From a virus, in IMG/VR virus record IMGVR_UViG_3300031419_000010, positions 1 to 64,000 of that record: DNA of 64,000 bases. One strand, written 5' to 3'. The notes under the pieces were generated by a model. That model worked only from the letters and a program-made list of their open reading frames with translations. It was not told the DNA's origin and did no database searches. The number at the start of each line of letters is the position of its first letter. Within the stretch, counting starts at the first letter, position 1. This document shows positions 38,600 to 46,324 of this stretch, one piece after another. The translations under genes were made by a program, and so were the position numbers.

Positions 38600-38607
38600 A
38601 GTCGCCT

Positions 38608-38814
38608 TTAAACCTTTGTCACTTTCGGGTTAAGATTGAAATTCTTTTGAACATACAAAGCGCCTTTACCTGCGGCAACTTTGAATTCCAGTACCTGACC
38701 GGAATCTTCAAAAGGATGTACGCCCTGCGGAAGATCGGTAACGATGATAACTTTATCCGGGCCGTCACCTGTCAGAACTTCAACGCGTTTGATTCTCAGA
38801 TTAAAGTTTTCCAT
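38608..38814 (-). CDS. small hypothetical protein
   Basis: 68 aa, GAGG RBS. Confidence 0.7.
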   Translation of the reverse strand: MENFNLRIKRVEVLTGDGPDKVIIVTDLPQGVHPFEDSGQVLEFKVAAGKGALYVQKNFNLNPKVTKV

Positions 38815-38816
38815 CG

Positions 38817-39275
38817 TTAGTCCTCAAGTTCGATACTGACCAGACAGACAAAGAAATCATCACAAGGCAGCACAACAAAGTTGACGACGCTTAACATGCT
38901 GTCTGCGCCTGCTTTGAAACTTGCCACGTAACAATCAGTGTCTGAGGTATTTGTTTGCTGCATGAAAATTTCTTTCAACAGCATTTTGTATTCGGGATCT
39001 TTCGGCGTAAATTCCTCACGCGTGTAGCCAAGCATTTCCAGCAGGACGCGAGTCTTGACGCGATAGCCGCCTTTCGAAAGCGCATACACAAACTTGATCG
39101 GAAGATGCGTTTTGTTTGTGCCGTGAATTTCGTTGTAGCGCAAAACAAAACCGCTTTCTACCTGACGAAAGAAACGCTCAGTGCCGACCCACAGTTTATG
39201 TTGAAGCCTGACAGGACGTGTGCGCAACTCGTGTCCGTTGACTTGCATAGCGCCGGAATTAATATCGAGTTTCAT
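38817..39275 (-). CDS. hypothetical protein
   Basis: Start trimmed to MKLDIN. Confidence 0.7.
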   Translation of the reverse strand: MKLDINSGAMQVNGHELRTRPVRLQHKLWVGTERFFRQVESGFVLRYNEIHGTNKTHLPIKFVYALSKGGYRVKTRVLLEMLGYTREEFTPKDPEYKMLLKEIFMQQTNTSDTDCYVASFKAGADSMLSVVNFVVLPCDDFFVCLVSIELED

Positions 39276-39825
39276 TCGGTTCCCCTTTAGGCTGGATAGG
39301 CCAGCTTTTTCTGTTTCGTTTTGCCCGGAGAGTTTTGTACCACGCGCCCTCAATATGTCCTGAGAACTTTCCAACAGGTTCGTTTTCCATTTGGTGAAGC
39401 CCGATCAGAGAGGCACACAAATGGTTTGAATCAAACCCAACAAATCGACACGCTTTATCAATCATGGTGCGATAGTTGTCATTCAAACGAATGATAATGG
39501 TGCCTGACTTGAGATCAAGTTTCGAATAAAAAGGAGTAAGAGAATGCGAGTAGACCGGAACACAAAAAGGCAAAACGCCGCGCTGGTATTTACCAGTTGA
39601 AGTAACCACCATCTGCGAAAAGAAGTGCAGATGTTCAAAGTAGTTTTTCATCACGACGTTTTCAAAGTAGTTGCCGCCTTTGTTATGCACGTTAACTTTA
39701 ATCAGGAACACGCGGTAATTCACCGGACGATGATTAAGCATATTGCGCTCAATTGCGAAACTACAAAGTTCGTTCTGCAATTTGGCGACTTGCTCAATGT
39801 CTTTCAGAGAATCAATTCGGAACAT
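39259..39825 (-). CDS. hypothetical protein, paralog family A
   Basis: DIEQVAKLQNELC..VLPFCVP. Confidence 0.75.
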   Translation of the reverse strand: MFRIDSLKDIEQVAKLQNELCSFAIERNMLNHRPVNYRVFLIKVNVHNKGGNYFENVVMKNYFEHLHFFSQMVVTSTGKYQRGVLPFCVPVYSHSLTPFYSKLDLKSGTIIIRLNDNYRTMIDKACRFVGFDSNHLCASLIGLHQMENEPVGKFSGHIEGAWYKTLRAKRNRKSWPIQPKGEPNETRY

Positions 39826-39843
39826 AATACCGTCCTTTGAGGT

Positions 39844-40530
39844 TTAGCGAATGCTATGGATGTAATCCAGCATTTCACTTTTATGCGAGATAATGTATCG
39901 ATCAAAAAGTTTCTTTGCCTGCGGCGTATTGAATTGCAGCGCACGTAAGAAATCAATTCGGTCATACACAAAGTTAATCAGACTGTCACCTGACTTGTAC
40001 TGCGGCATTTGCTTTATAAGTTCGCCCCGCAAACCCTCAACAATTGTCACAGCGCGGCCAGGCATAACGCCCCACAGAATATCAGAGTCACGCAGAACTT
40101 TTTCATAAACCGTTTCAGGCTTACGCTTTTCAGTATACGGATACTCAGTTATATAAATCAGCTTTTCAATTTCAGGAAGAAGCCGTTTAAAATCTGAATC
40201 CGGTTTCGAGGCCCACGTCCAATCGCGAAGTGCTGCAATCGCATTTTGAATGTTCACGTAATCTTCGTATTCGCCTAGTGTGTGATCCATATCATGAATC
40301 AACGCAGCAGCAAGCAAACAGAAAACTTCGTCACGGTTTTGTTGCGCCTCTTCTGGAAGCAGAGACATACACAGCAGCGCCACGCCATCCATGTGAAGAT
40401 TGGAATGATAAAATGCGGTGCTGCGAACAACGTTGTTTTTCTGAATCCATTCGCGGTACTCAACTAAATTGTACTCGCTACAAAAACCGTTTAGTCTTGC
40501 CTCAAACTCTACACCTGTTAAGAGTTCCAT
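39844..40530 (-). CDS. HD-domain phosphohydrolase (PDEase-like)
   Basis: FYHSNLH..LLAAALIHDMDH..LRDSD. Confidence 0.8.
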   Translation of the reverse strand: MELLTGVEFEARLNGFCSEYNLVEYREWIQKNNVVRSTAFYHSNLHMDGVALLCMSLLPEEAQQNRDEVFCLLAAALIHDMDHTLGEYEDYVNIQNAIAALRDWTWASKPDSDFKRLLPEIEKLIYITEYPYTEKRKPETVYEKVLRDSDILWGVMPGRAVTIVEGLRGELIKQMPQYKSGDSLINFVYDRIDFLRALQFNTPQAKKLFDRYIISHKSEMLDYIHSIR

Positions 40531-40572
40531 TTTATTCTCCTAGCAGTGAGACTCTTTACTGCTCACCGCCGA

Positions 40573-40713
40573 TCACTTTTTATGATCGAGACTGCTTGCC
40601 TTCCCTTGCCAGCCTTCCCACATTGCTTCGCGAATAACAAAGATCATTTCTTTGCCGAGTTTCTTTTCCATGTTTTCCGCGAACCATTTTTCAAATTCTT
40701 CCCGCTCTGTCAT
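40573..40713 (-). CDS. small phage protein (46 aa), missing from the ORF track
   Basis: MTEREEFEKWF...AMWEGWQ; AGGAG RBS. Confidence 0.7.
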   Translation of the reverse strand: MTEREEFEKWFAENMEKKLGKEMIFVIREAMWEGWQGKASSLDHKK

Positions 40714-40723
40714 TTTAATCTCC

Positions 40724-41251
40724 TTATGCAGCAGTTGGAAAAATATAACGCCACATATTAACTACAATGTTTGCGTCAGATTTCTTTTTGCGATGAATTA
40801 CAACAGGTGCATTTCCTGCAAAGAAGCCGCGCAAAATACCCGCGCTAACTTCTTCGATATGCAGGCGCTCATAAGCCTCTGGCGCACCGGAGCCGATTTC
40901 GTCCAACGTGCTTACATGCAGCGGAACACGTTTCAGATAATACTCCAGCACTTCCAGAAATTGCGGAGTAAGTGCAATGTTGCTTTCTCCACTTTCGAAA
41001 ACGTAATCTCTGACTGTCTCTGTGTTTGAAACAGGAATGATCAGCGGAAGCGCATCAACAGGACGCGTATTCGCGTACTTGTCGTAAAGAGAAAATACAT
41101 GCGGAAAACGATACTGAATTTCAGTACAGAAATCGACGACAGTTTCTTGCTCAATATCTTTCACGATTAACGACAGTAGTGCAAATTCTTGAGTCGGAGC
41201 GAAAGGCTTTAACAGTTCGATTTGCAAATCAAGTAAAGCGTTTACGTTCAT
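40724..41251 (-). CDS. hypothetical protein, paralog family A
   Basis: NVNALLDLQIELLK..ALPLIIP. Confidence 0.7.
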   Translation of the reverse strand: MNVNALLDLQIELLKPFAPTQEFALLSLIVKDIEQETVVDFCTEIQYRFPHVFSLYDKYANTRPVDALPLIIPVSNTETVRDYVFESGESNIALTPQFLEVLEYYLKRVPLHVSTLDEIGSGAPEAYERLHIEEVSAGILRGFFAGNAPVVIHRKKKSDANIVVNMWRYIFPTAA

Positions 41252-41262
41252 AATTCAATTCC

Positions 41263-41559
41263 TTATTTTTTGTTGAGGATGCGTACAACTTCTCCCGCAT
41301 GATTGCGAAGTTTGTTAAAGATTAAAGCGTGTTGTTCGCTTTTGGTTTTGTAGCAGTCGATCACTTCCATGATCTGATCACCCAATTCACGGGCAACTTT
41401 ATAACGATGGTTCAGAATAGCCCGATACATCGCACAAGTTTTGTCGGCAACTAGCGAGATAATGTCGCAACTACAAGATCTTCTTTCGAGTTCAAGTTTA
41501 AACGCGATAAAGTCGAGAGCAAGTTTTCGCGCTAGTGCCTGAGTCCGTAAACTGTCCAT
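41263..41559 (-). CDS. hypothetical protein
   Basis: 98 aa, after box promoter 7. Confidence 0.7.
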   Translation of the reverse strand: MDSLRTQALARKLALDFIAFKLELERRSCSCDIISLVADKTCAMYRAILNHRYKVARELGDQIMEVIDCYKTKSEQHALIFNKLRNHAGEVVRILNKK

Positions 41560-41607
41560 CTTTGTATTCCCTATATCCGAGTTGAATGGTTGAGTGGCCT
41601 GACCTTT

Positions 41608-41664
41608 AGTTTATCTTAAAATTTGCGTTAATTCTACTGGTATTTTGGACACAAATTTGCAGAG
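41608..41664 (-). promoter_or_regulatory. box promoter 7
   Basis: Box 41637-41664 + TAGAAT + 17 bp + TAAACT. Confidence 0.8.
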
Positions 41665-41716
41665 ATAAATGGAAAAGGGAACCTATAGTTTTCGTCCATA
41701 GATTCCCTTGAGCATG

Positions 41717-42286
41717 TTAAGTTGTGCGGCGATACTGCTTCATAACTTTTGCGTAATACTGCGGAGATCTTGCGCCGCGCTTGTATGCCGTTTTGCCTAC
41801 GTTGTAAGAATGCACAATGCACCTAACATTGTTTCGGCAGCCAGCTTTCAAGTCGGCAACAATCTCTGCGGCCTTATCCACATTTTTGCGATAGTTCATC
41901 ATCTGTGCGCGGGTAGTGCCGTGGTATTTTGGAACCACCTGACACATTCCAATCGCGCCACGATTGACGACACGTTTTCGGAAATGAGATTCGGTCACGC
42001 ATAACGAAACCAGAAGTTTTTGATCAATGCCGTGGCGTTTTGCCGCCGAGTCGAACACTGCACCAAGATCATCTGGCTGCGGTAAATGCGAGTATAACTT
42101 TTGCAACCGACGAGTCGCCGTCTTTTTGACTGCCGGATGCGAAGAAGTTTTTTCTCCTTTGTACTGAGTTTCAGAAGAAACAGAAGCATCTACTGTGAAG
42201 GGAATAACGAGAGTTAGGATCAGTCCCATGCAAATCATATTGGCACGGGAAACTCTTTTGATCACCTCGAAAAAGTTAACGTTCAT
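41717..42286 (-). CDS. lytic transglycosylase (SLT domain) with N-terminal hydrophobic signal or anchor
   Basis: VTESHF, GAIGMCQV, NVDKAA, SYNVG motifs. Confidence 0.85.
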   Translation of the reverse strand: MNVNFFEVIKRVSRANMICMGLILTLVIPFTVDASVSSETQYKGEKTSSHPAVKKTATRRLQKLYSHLPQPDDLGAVFDSAAKRHGIDQKLLVSLCVTESHFRKRVVNRGAIGMCQVVPKYHGTTRAQMMNYRKNVDKAAEIVADLKAGCRNNVRCIVHSYNVGKTAYKRGARSPQYYAKVMKQYRRTT

Positions 42287-42326
42287 TGAAAGGAAATTTT
42301 CTCCTAGTTGTGTTGTCGCTAGGCCG

Positions 42327-42608
42327 TCATAATATCAGACCGTAAAGGTTTTTGAATTGTACTGTTCCCCTCCTATCTCTTACCAAACAATCATAGTTGT
42401 ATGGATCGATCCAAATCACTTGCCATCGACCTGCTTGATAGAGATATAAGCGACCTAAGATAAATCTTTCACTGCGCATTTTACGCAATGCCTTTTCACA
42501 ATGCAGACGAAAAAATTTCTCGTTCGCTTCGTACTCATTTCGCGCCAAATATAACAGAACAGCCCGAAGATTTTTAAGAGGCGTGTCTCGTTTCATAAAG
42601 CGACCCAT
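42327..42608 (-). CDS. hypothetical protein
   Basis: 93 aa. Confidence 0.6.
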   Translation of the reverse strand: MGRFMKRDTPLKNLRAVLLYLARNEYEANEKFFRLHCEKALRKMRSERFILGRLYLYQAGRWQVIWIDPYNYDCLVRDRRGTVQFKNLYGLIL

Positions 42609-42625
42609 ACGTTAAAATTACTTGC

Positions 42626-43192
42626 TTATTTGTCAGTGCTTCCGAAACCACCCACACCGCGCACTGTTTCAGATAATTCCGAAACGATGTTTGGAGTCAT
42701 GCGATTTGTGCGCACAAACAAAAGTTGACCCAGCGCAGTGCCGCGTTTAATTTCAAGTTCGGAAATTTTATAAACTTCCTGTTGCTTAAACTCATCGCCG
42801 TCCGGTGTTTTAATTTTAACGCCACGGATTTGATACTGAGTGACTTCATCGATCTTAGAACCGCCACCGTTCAACCATGCTGCCGCCATCCACGTTCCGC
42901 GATAGTCAGAATCGATCAGGCCAACAGTGTTAGCCAGCGCCAGACCAAACTTCGCGCCGCTGCCGCTACGAGGCAAAAGGATACACGCAAAGTCCGGATG
43001 AAACTCAGCGCGGAAACCGAGATCGATCATTTTGGTTTCGCGAGTGATAACCAGATCTTCCTGTGCGAAAACATCCAGCGCAGCACTGAACGGAGTGCCG
43101 TATGCAGGCACGATGAAATCAGGGTACTTATCCAGATCCGGACAAATGTTGAATGCTTTGATTTCGGTGCTCAGTTCAACTTGATTGGTCAT
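42626..43192 (-). CDS. dut: trimeric dUTPase
   Basis: Motifs AALD, PRSG, GLIDSDYRG, GQL, RGVGGFGST. Confidence 0.95.
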   Translation of the reverse strand: MTNQVELSTEIKAFNICPDLDKYPDFIVPAYGTPFSAALDVFAQEDLVITRETKMIDLGFRAEFHPDFACILLPRSGSGAKFGLALANTVGLIDSDYRGTWMAAAWLNGGGSKIDEVTQYQIRGVKIKTPDGDEFKQQEVYKISELEIKRGTALGQLLFVRTNRMTPNIVSELSETVRGVGGFGSTDK

Positions 43193-43197
43193 GTTCT

Positions 43198-43521
43198 TTA
43201 CCTTTGCTTTATTGATAATGAAAGTTCAAACGTGAATGTTTCCACGCTCTTGTTAATCATGCACTGGACAGTTTTGCCTAAGTGCAGTTTGAATACCATG
43301 CTGTTGCATCCACAACGCGCCGCATGTTCTGCTATCGCAACATTTACGTCGCCAATAGATTTGACGATGCCGATATAGAAAGGCAATCCGAAAGTAGAAA
43401 GGTACGCATAAAACTCTTCACCTTGCTTTAAGCGATCAAGGAAATTGTTTGAGTGCGGTTTATCCTTTGCGACAATCGTATTCATTTTGCGGGAAGCGGC
43501 ACGAACGTTTGGCGCGGTCAT
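43198..43521 (-). CDS. hypothetical protein
   Basis: 107 aa. Confidence 0.65.
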   Translation of the reverse strand: MTAPNVRAASRKMNTIVAKDKPHSNNFLDRLKQGEEFYAYLSTFGLPFYIGIVKSIGDVNVAIAEHAARCGCNSMVFKLHLGKTVQCMINKSVETFTFELSLSIKQR

Positions 43522-43967
43522 GCGCGTTCAACGCTGTAATGGCATTCGGTTGCGTTGATGATCTTGCCTTCCAAGAAACCCTCATCAATACGAATCAAGG
43601 TAAGTGGGCCTCGATCAAAAATCACGGTGCCGCGTACAACACGGCGCAGATTGCCGTGGAAAAATACTTGCACTGTTTTTCCTTCGTAACAATGCTTGCT
43701 AGTCACAGGCCCAAGAAAATCATAATGTTCCGGATGGTTTTTAAAACTCAACGAATCCATGTAGTGCGTGGTGTTGTCGTTAAACTGATCATCATCCAGA
43801 CGCACAATTTCACGATTCGGAGTTTCTGCATCGCTGCGAACGATCACGCCGCGCAGAGTTTTATCTGAACCGTCTGCCAGTTTGATAACGAAAGAAACTT
43901 GCTTATCCAGAGACTCAGGATTTTGAATTGGAAAGCGAATGAAGTTTACGGTAGAAACAGCGCCCAT
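43518..43967 (-). CDS. hypothetical protein with duplicated beta (SH3-like) domain
   Basis: RGVIVRSDAE..IVRLDD and RGTVIFDRG..LIRIDE. Confidence 0.7.
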   Translation of the reverse strand: MGAVSTVNFIRFPIQNPESLDKQVSFVIKLADGSDKTLRGVIVRSDAETPNREIVRLDDDQFNDNTTHYMDSLSFKNHPEHYDFLGPVTSKHCYEGKTVQVFFHGNLRRVVRGTVIFDRGPLTLIRIDEGFLEGKIINATECHYSVERA

Positions 43968-43983
43968 TATTTTACCCTCAGAC

Positions 43984-44016
43984 AAAAACAAGAAAAGCGC
44001 AGCAGATGCCACGCTT
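43984..44016 (-). terminator. intrinsic terminator
   Basis: AAGCGTGGCA-TC-TGCTGCGCTT-TTCTTGTTTTT. Confidence 0.65.
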
Positions 44017-44025
44017 AGTTTTGGT

Positions 44026-44298
44026 TTACAGATTCACGACACACGTTTCATCATGAATCGGAAATTCGTTTGCATCAAGTTCACCAGAAAGGCGAATCAA
44101 GTGCATGTACATTTCGCCGTTGCCTGCGCTGTTGATCATAACCGCGTTCGCAACAAAACTGTTGTCGATTTTCTGAATAATGATTCCTTTCGAATCAAGA
44201 ATGCCAACCAAATCAGTTAACGAGTAAAGGCCGTTGGCATAAAGAGTGATTGCCTCAAGCGCAGGTTTTGGAATAATAAGTTCTTTCATTTCTTTCAC
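44026..44298 (-). CDS. hypothetical protein
   Basis: 90 aa. Confidence 0.65.
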   Translation of the reverse strand: MKEMKELIIPKPALEAITLYANGLYSLTDLVGILDSKGIIIQKIDNSFVANAVMINSAGNGEMYMHLIRLSGELDANEFPIHDETCVVNL

Positions 44299-44299
44299 C

Positions 44300-44596
44300 T
44301 TACATTGACTGCAAGAGTTTGAGATCTTCTTCGCTCATTAAATCGCGGAAAGAAGGTTGATTTGAATTTGCGGTACGTCCGATATGATGCAGACGAATTG
44401 CTGCACCAACAGCGTCGTCGATTGCGGTACGTGCATCAACGCCACTCATAATTTTTGCGATGATTTCTTCGCGGTGCGGAAACAAGGAAGTTGTGTTTAA
44501 TCCTTCTGCCTGCAAACGAATCATTACTTCGGTTTGCATAACTGCGTGAGTTTTTACCATCACGTCCATTGCTTTCTTGCGATTCAATTTTGCCAC
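44300..44596 (-). CDS. hypothetical protein
   Basis: 98 aa. Confidence 0.7.
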   Translation of the reverse strand: MAKLNRKKAMDVMVKTHAVMQTEVMIRLQAEGLNTTSLFPHREEIIAKIMSGVDARTAIDDAVGAAIRLHHIGRTANSNQPSFRDLMSEEDLKLLQSM

Positions 44597-44599
44597 AAC

Positions 44600-45061
44600 T
44601 TAATTCCCCGCCATTACTTCGTCATGGATAGCCGTCAGTGTATCAAGCAGGCTTTTCTGAGAGTTGTAATTATCCATGATGTTTTTGTTAAACGCGCCGA
44701 TCTCAAATGCGTTGTTGTCCGTGCTTACGAAATCGTAACGAATAGGTGACTTGTCTTTAAATGCAAAAACAATCGTTACGCCGTAGTCCGTGCTTTTAAC
44801 GCTGACACGTTCGGCCTTTTCAGCAACAGAACAAATCAGAGGCCACATCGGGCGCGTTTCATAAAGCGAGGAACTTACGTTGAAGTCGATCTCAGCAGTT
44901 TGCAGGAAATCAAAACCTTTGAAGGTTTCCTGACAGTGCTTGTTGACCTGTTGAGTCAGTGCAAGATCTTTCATTACGATCTTTGGCTCAGAATAACTAG
45001 CATTTGATTGCTGTACCGATGCAAACAAAATTGCAGATAACACGATGCTAGAGATTTTCAT
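44600..45061 (-). CDS. exported protein (signal peptide)
   Basis: MKISSIVLSAILFASVQQSNA-. Confidence 0.7.
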   Translation of the reverse strand: MKISSIVLSAILFASVQQSNASYSEPKIVMKDLALTQQVNKHCQETFKGFDFLQTAEIDFNVSSSLYETRPMWPLICSVAEKAERVSVKSTDYGVTIVFAFKDKSPIRYDFVSTDNNAFEIGAFNKNIMDNYNSQKSLLDTLTAIHDEVMAGN

Positions 45062-45073
45062 TACAATATTTCC

Positions 45074-45304
45074 TTATTGATGTTGTTTGGTTGTGAACAC
45101 GACGCGTTCAGAAAATTCGTTTAATACATTCCAATCAGTTTGCGATCCGCTTTTCATTTTAAGCAGACGTGCAACTTCAATTGCTTTTTCAGCAGTTGAG
45201 AAACTTGCAACCTGACCAGCCAATCCGATCTCATCCATGAATGGGCCGGAGTAACCTTCGCCTAAATAAACTACGTTAGCGTTTGCTACAGCATAGTGAG
45301 CCAT
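45074..45304 (-). CDS. hypothetical protein
   Basis: 76 aa. Confidence 0.65.
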   Translation of the reverse strand: MAHYAVANANVVYLGEGYSGPFMDEIGLAGQVASFSTAEKAIEVARLLKMKSGSQTDWNVLNEFSERVVFTTKQHQ

Positions 45305-45309
45305 GAGCG

Positions 45310-45480
45310 TTACCCTTCCTTTAAAATTGCTTGACGATAAATTTCGCTAAACGTTACTTTAGCGGAAGAAGCAGAATTTTGTTGAATCAGTTCTGCACGG
45401 CGTTTGTGCGACTCCTGTTCCTGATTCAACTGGTAAAACTTTACGGCCTCAACCGGAGTAACGCGCTGTGAGATTGTCAT
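45310..45480 (-). CDS. small protein (56 aa), missing from the ORF track
   Basis: MTISQRVTPVEAV...ILKEG*; AAGGAG RBS; first gene after box promoter 8. Confidence 0.7.
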   Translation of the reverse strand: MTISQRVTPVEAVKFYQLNQEQESHKRRAELIQQNSASSAKVTFSEIYRQAILKEG

Positions 45481-45570
45481 GTAAAGCTCCTTTCTGAAAA
45501 CCTAAGTTTTAGGAAAGACGCCTCAGCAGCCCTTCCCGCCGGACAAGCCCAATTGCCTGCCCGTTGGTTT

Positions 45571-45627
45571 AGACTACCTGAACAATCGGGCCAAAACCAG
45601 CCCTATTTTAGACAGTTATTTGCAGAC
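45571..45627 (-). promoter_or_regulatory. box promoter 8 (variant)
   Basis: GTCTGCAAATAACTGTCTAAAATAGGGC + TGGTTT + 17 bp + TAGTCT. Confidence 0.75.
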
Positions 45628-46274
45628 TTCCTTGTGTCGAATTTCGCAGTATGGATGATGGTATCAACCATGCAATGTACGGTATCGCCGCCCAACATGC
45701 CATAGCCGTACTTTTTGGAATCTTCCGGTGCCAGAGTCATTCCCCAGCCGCCTTGCGATTCGTGGTACTCGTCAAAATACAGCGGCGAGTAGTGAACATC
45801 GTAGCCTTTAAATTTATAGCGACGGGCTACTTCGCAAATACGAACATACTGCATGTGGTAGGAAACATCCTCCAGTTCGTAACTTCCTTTGTCGATAATA
45901 CTCTGAACCCGAACTTGATCGGGAAATTCAAAGCGGCCTTTTTCAAAGTGTTCCATGATCGCGCACGTAATAAAATTGGCGCTCAGTTTAAAACTAGCCA
46001 GATACAAAATCAGCGGCGTTGGATTATTGTGGCGAGTAAGCGCACGAATGATTTTTGGATCAGGCAAATCTTTAGCAGGTATTGGTTTTTGAGGTTTGAT
46101 TCCATTCGCAAGGAACGGAAGAAAGGATTTGGTATCCGGATAGGATTGCAGGCTTTCGAGAAGTTGTTTAACTTTCTCTGCGCGGGTTTTTGCTTCGGTA
46201 TCGCAAAACACATTGTGAAGTGCCGAGATTTCTTTATCAGAAAATCCAGCCAGTTCTAAAATTTGTGCTTCCAT
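45603..46274 (-). CDS. hypothetical protein
   Basis: 223 aa; stop codon lies inside box 8. Confidence 0.75.
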   Translation of the reverse strand: MEAQILELAGFSDKEISALHNVFCDTEAKTRAEKVKQLLESLQSYPDTKSFLPFLANGIKPQKPIPAKDLPDPKIIRALTRHNNPTPLILYLASFKLSANFITCAIMEHFEKGRFEFPDQVRVQSIIDKGSYELEDVSYHMQYVRICEVARRYKFKGYDVHYSPLYFDEYHESQGGWGMTLAPEDSKKYGYGMLGGDTVHCMVDTIIHTAKFDTRKSANNCLK

Positions 46275-46290
46275 CAAATTTTCACCCTTT

Positions 46291-46318
46291 AAAAGAAGTG
46301 GCCTGAATTAACAGGCCA
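46291..46318 (-). terminator. intrinsic terminator
   Basis: TGGCCTG-TTAATT-CAGGCCA-CTTCTTTT. Confidence 0.75.
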
Positions 46319-46324
46319 GCTTTG

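Noticed and set aside
41634-41822. 62-aa minus-strand ORF overlapping the SLT end and box 7
   Set aside because: Out-of-frame overlap with a well-supported gene and promoter.
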